64,000 nt of DNA, taken from NCBI GenBank assembly GCA_026770705.1, contig JANJGN010000009.1, forward strand, positions 91,388,001 through 91,452,000, written 5' to 3'. Within the stretch, counting starts at the first letter, position 1; each line of letters opens with the position of its first letter. Under the pieces are notes generated by a model. That model ran no database searches, had not been told where the DNA came from, and was given only the letters and a program-made list of their open reading frames with translations. A program made the translations under genes and the position numbers. This document shows, piece by piece, positions 61,548 to 64,000 of the stretch. The stretch comes from Isurus oxyrinchus (Eukaryota).

Positions 61548-63055
61548 GAAGGGAGGGCTCTCATGGTTTGGTTTTCTTATTCCATGTGTCCTCACGTTTT
61601 TAGCCCATTTCTTGCCCATTTTCTGATCCTTGCTTCAATTGTCATTAAAAGTGAATGTCCTGTAATTTGGACACAGCGCTGGAGCTCATCCCAGGCTCAG
61701 CAACAAGTCATAAGGAGCCTATATAGACCACATAACGAAACTTGCTCATGCTTCTTGACACATTGCCAGCTGGTGTCACAAGAATACTGACATTTCTGCG
61801 ATCCCACAGAAGGAAATGAATTCTTGGTATTTCTGCCATTTCATATCATATGCAGCCTACGCACAAAGAACTGCTGCATGAGTTAAATCCCAGCACTGCA
61901 GATCTGTGACTGCCAATGCTCGGAAAGAGAAACCACAAGCTGCTTCTCTCTTTTGGGTCAAAAGTATTTCCAGCTTTTTCTGTTCCTGCTCAAAACTTTT
62001 CCCAGTTCTGATGAAAGATCATTAGCCCGGAACATTAACTCTGTCTTTCTCTCTGCACAGATGTTGTCAAGCCGACTGAGTAGTTCCAACATTTCCTGCT
62101 GCACACTCTCGACCTCTCTCTTCAGCAGCACTAACTCACTCCAGCTCAAAGTTTCGCTGCTCTGCCATCTCATTTCATCCTTTACCTCATCTGACATCTT
62201 AAGAAAAAACTTTGCCCTGCTGTTAGGTGTGAAGGATTGCAAACTTCAAGAACTTGAGGGTACCAATGCCACTCCAAACTTTCTTTCCTTTCCCTCTGAC
62301 CCTGTCCCTTCTTTTTATCACGGCCCTTGATGTATATTCCCAATACCTTCCATCCTTCCCCTCTCTGACACTGAACTAACTGTTCTTAGCATTTGTGTAA
62401 CAAGGCATCTCCTCTCAATTTAAATTGCACGGCCATTACAGTCTCTAAAGACTTGCTTTTGCAAGATATTCTGTTAATTCTGCATTGGACCAATGAGAAT
62501 TGCTTTGGGATCACGCCAGTGACTTCAGAAATAGCATTGTGAGGGGATCCAGCAATGTACTGAATTTAAAAATCGCTCCCTGGCGTTCAAATCTTCCTTG
62601 GCCTCACCCTATCCCTATTGCTATAACCTCTGCCAATATTCCCAAAGTTCCCAGTGCTCCTCAATTTTAGTCTTTTGCCCATCTGTGATTTTCATCATCC
62701 ACTGTCCCTTCCGCTGCCTTGGTCCGAAGCTTTGGAATTCCCTCCCTACACCTCTCCGCCTCTCTCCTCCTCTTTTAATGCACTCTTTTTGGTCATCTGT
62801 CCCAATAACTCATATCACTCAATATCAAGTGTTGCTTGATTATACTCCTGTGAAGCACCTTACTTTTTATTACATTAAGGTGCTATATAAATGCAAATTG
62901 TTGTTGTTGCTGAGCCTGGGATGAGCTCCAGCTCTGTGTCCAAATTACAGGACATCCATTTTTACTGATAATCAAAGCAAGGATCGGAAACCGGGTCCGA
63001 AAAACATGAGGAAGCATGGAATAAGCAAACTAAACCACGAAAGGCCATATCCTTC
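61548..63055. repeat. Inverted repeat pair (about 155-bp arms: 61548-61706 and 62904-63055)
   Basis: The inner 51 nt are complementary at 50 of 51 positions; the outer parts are more diverged. Confidence 0.85.
62560..62908 (+). mobile_element. L2 3' end
   Basis: FRCLGPKLWNSLP; tail AAGGTGCTATATAAATGCAAA(TTG)n. Confidence 0.85.
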
Positions 63056-63115
63056 TAAAGAATCCCTGAACGACAATCCAGTAACACACTACCAGATTTA
63101 CCAGGTGATTTCACG

Positions 63116-63822
63116 AGCAGAATTTCCCAGCCCTCACGTGACAGCAGAGATGATGGGAGGTGGGGGTGTGTGCGTAAACCAGAGGGCAGCCAGAGGGGAG
63201 CTGTGTCGGGAGAGCTCCCTGACATAGTCCCACTGCCAGGGATGTTTCCCAGCTGCGGATTGTGAGGCTGATTGGCTGCTCACTCCAAGCAGTTGGGCAG
63301 CTGATTGGCATGATTAAAGGGCCTATTAATGGCCATTTTATAGAGCAGCTAACATTTTGCCAAAGGTAGGGCAACCACCCCAGTCACACTGGGAAGCTGT
63401 CGGCTTCATGAAGGTGGCCGTCTGGTGCCAACCCACAGAGGCCATCAGACCTGGAAGTTCTATGCCCCACAGCCCATATGATGCCTCCAGAGGGTTTAGT
63501 CCCGCAATCAGTGGGGCCATCCTCCCCCTCGGCCAGCCTGAAATTTAATTTATACTTACTTCTACGAGGGCACCTCCATGTTGAGGAAACCCGCGGTCCC
63601 CTACTTAGCTCAGCAGTGACATCTCTCACCTTGGTATTGCTGGGAATTCAGAGCTGTCTCCTTCTGACTGGGCCGGAAGCACCAGAAGCCCACCCGCTAT
63701 CCTTAACTGGACAACAGCCCGCTGATGGCCATTAGGGGGCTATCTGTGGTAAAATCGCCAAGACAGTTCTGCTTTTGGCAAGAATGGGCTTAGGGCAGCT
63801 CAGCCCCGCAGTTCAATTATCC
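63116..63822. mobile_element. Probable old Harbinger-type non-autonomous element
   Basis: Starts GAGCAGAATTT (TIR-like); GC-rich interior with attaa/ttaat motifs like the other MITEs; right end unclear. Confidence 0.4.
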
Positions 63823-63965
63823 TCAGATGCATCATCAATGACCCTCCCTCCATCATAAGGTCAGCAGTAGTTACTGTTTACTGATGGTTTCAATGCAGAT
63901 GACTCCATTCTAATCCTCTAATAACATCTGCCCCAAATAAATTGAGGCAATCACCATCTTCAATA

Positions 63966-64000
63966 GTGGAGACAGAGTAGTGGTAATGTCACTGGACTAA
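63966..64000 (+). mobile_element. Head of a tRNA-headed SINE running off the window
   Basis: gtagtggtaatgtcactggactaa. Confidence 0.7.

Noticed and set aside
61958-62242. 94-aa coiled-coil-like minus-strand ORF as a DOCK11 exon
   Set aside because: It overlaps a Penelope terminal fragment (62004-62100) and shows no DHR2-like sequence; the penultimate DOCK11 exon was not found in the window.

Overview
Vertebrate genomic DNA, most likely from a cartilaginous fish (shark), judged from its repeats: two CR1-group LINE families, L2, Deu-domain (SacSINE1/AmnSINE1-like) SINEs, a second tRNA-headed SINE, Penelope-like elements (PLEs), and a PIF/Harbinger transposon with MITEs. It holds two host genes, both on the minus strand. 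(1) The last coding exon of a DOCK-D family gene (DOCK11-like, 60448-60558). (2) About 25 kb downstream, six phase-compatible GT-AG exons (35422 to 4015) encoding 286 aa of a class I cytokine receptor: signal peptide, D1, the four-Cys D2 domain and the start of D3. The DOCK11-then-receptor order points to IL13RA1; the remaining exons lie left of the window. Most other sequence is decayed, nested transposons, and most ORFs in the supplied track are TE remnants or spurious. Main signals: about a dozen minimal hammerhead-ribozyme motifs in PLE termini, including a young subfamily with a non-canonical CUGUCGA core and one intact copy in sense orientation in il13ra1 intron 1; a 1.9 kb fold-back PLE just 3' of the DOCK11 stop; a three-level SINE>Harbinger>CR1 nest; two TE-derived minisatellites beside exons; and two SINE/LINE tail-sharing pairs. 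Exon, TIR, TSD and ribozyme coordinates were read base by base. Other repeat boundaries are approximate. No database searches were run.
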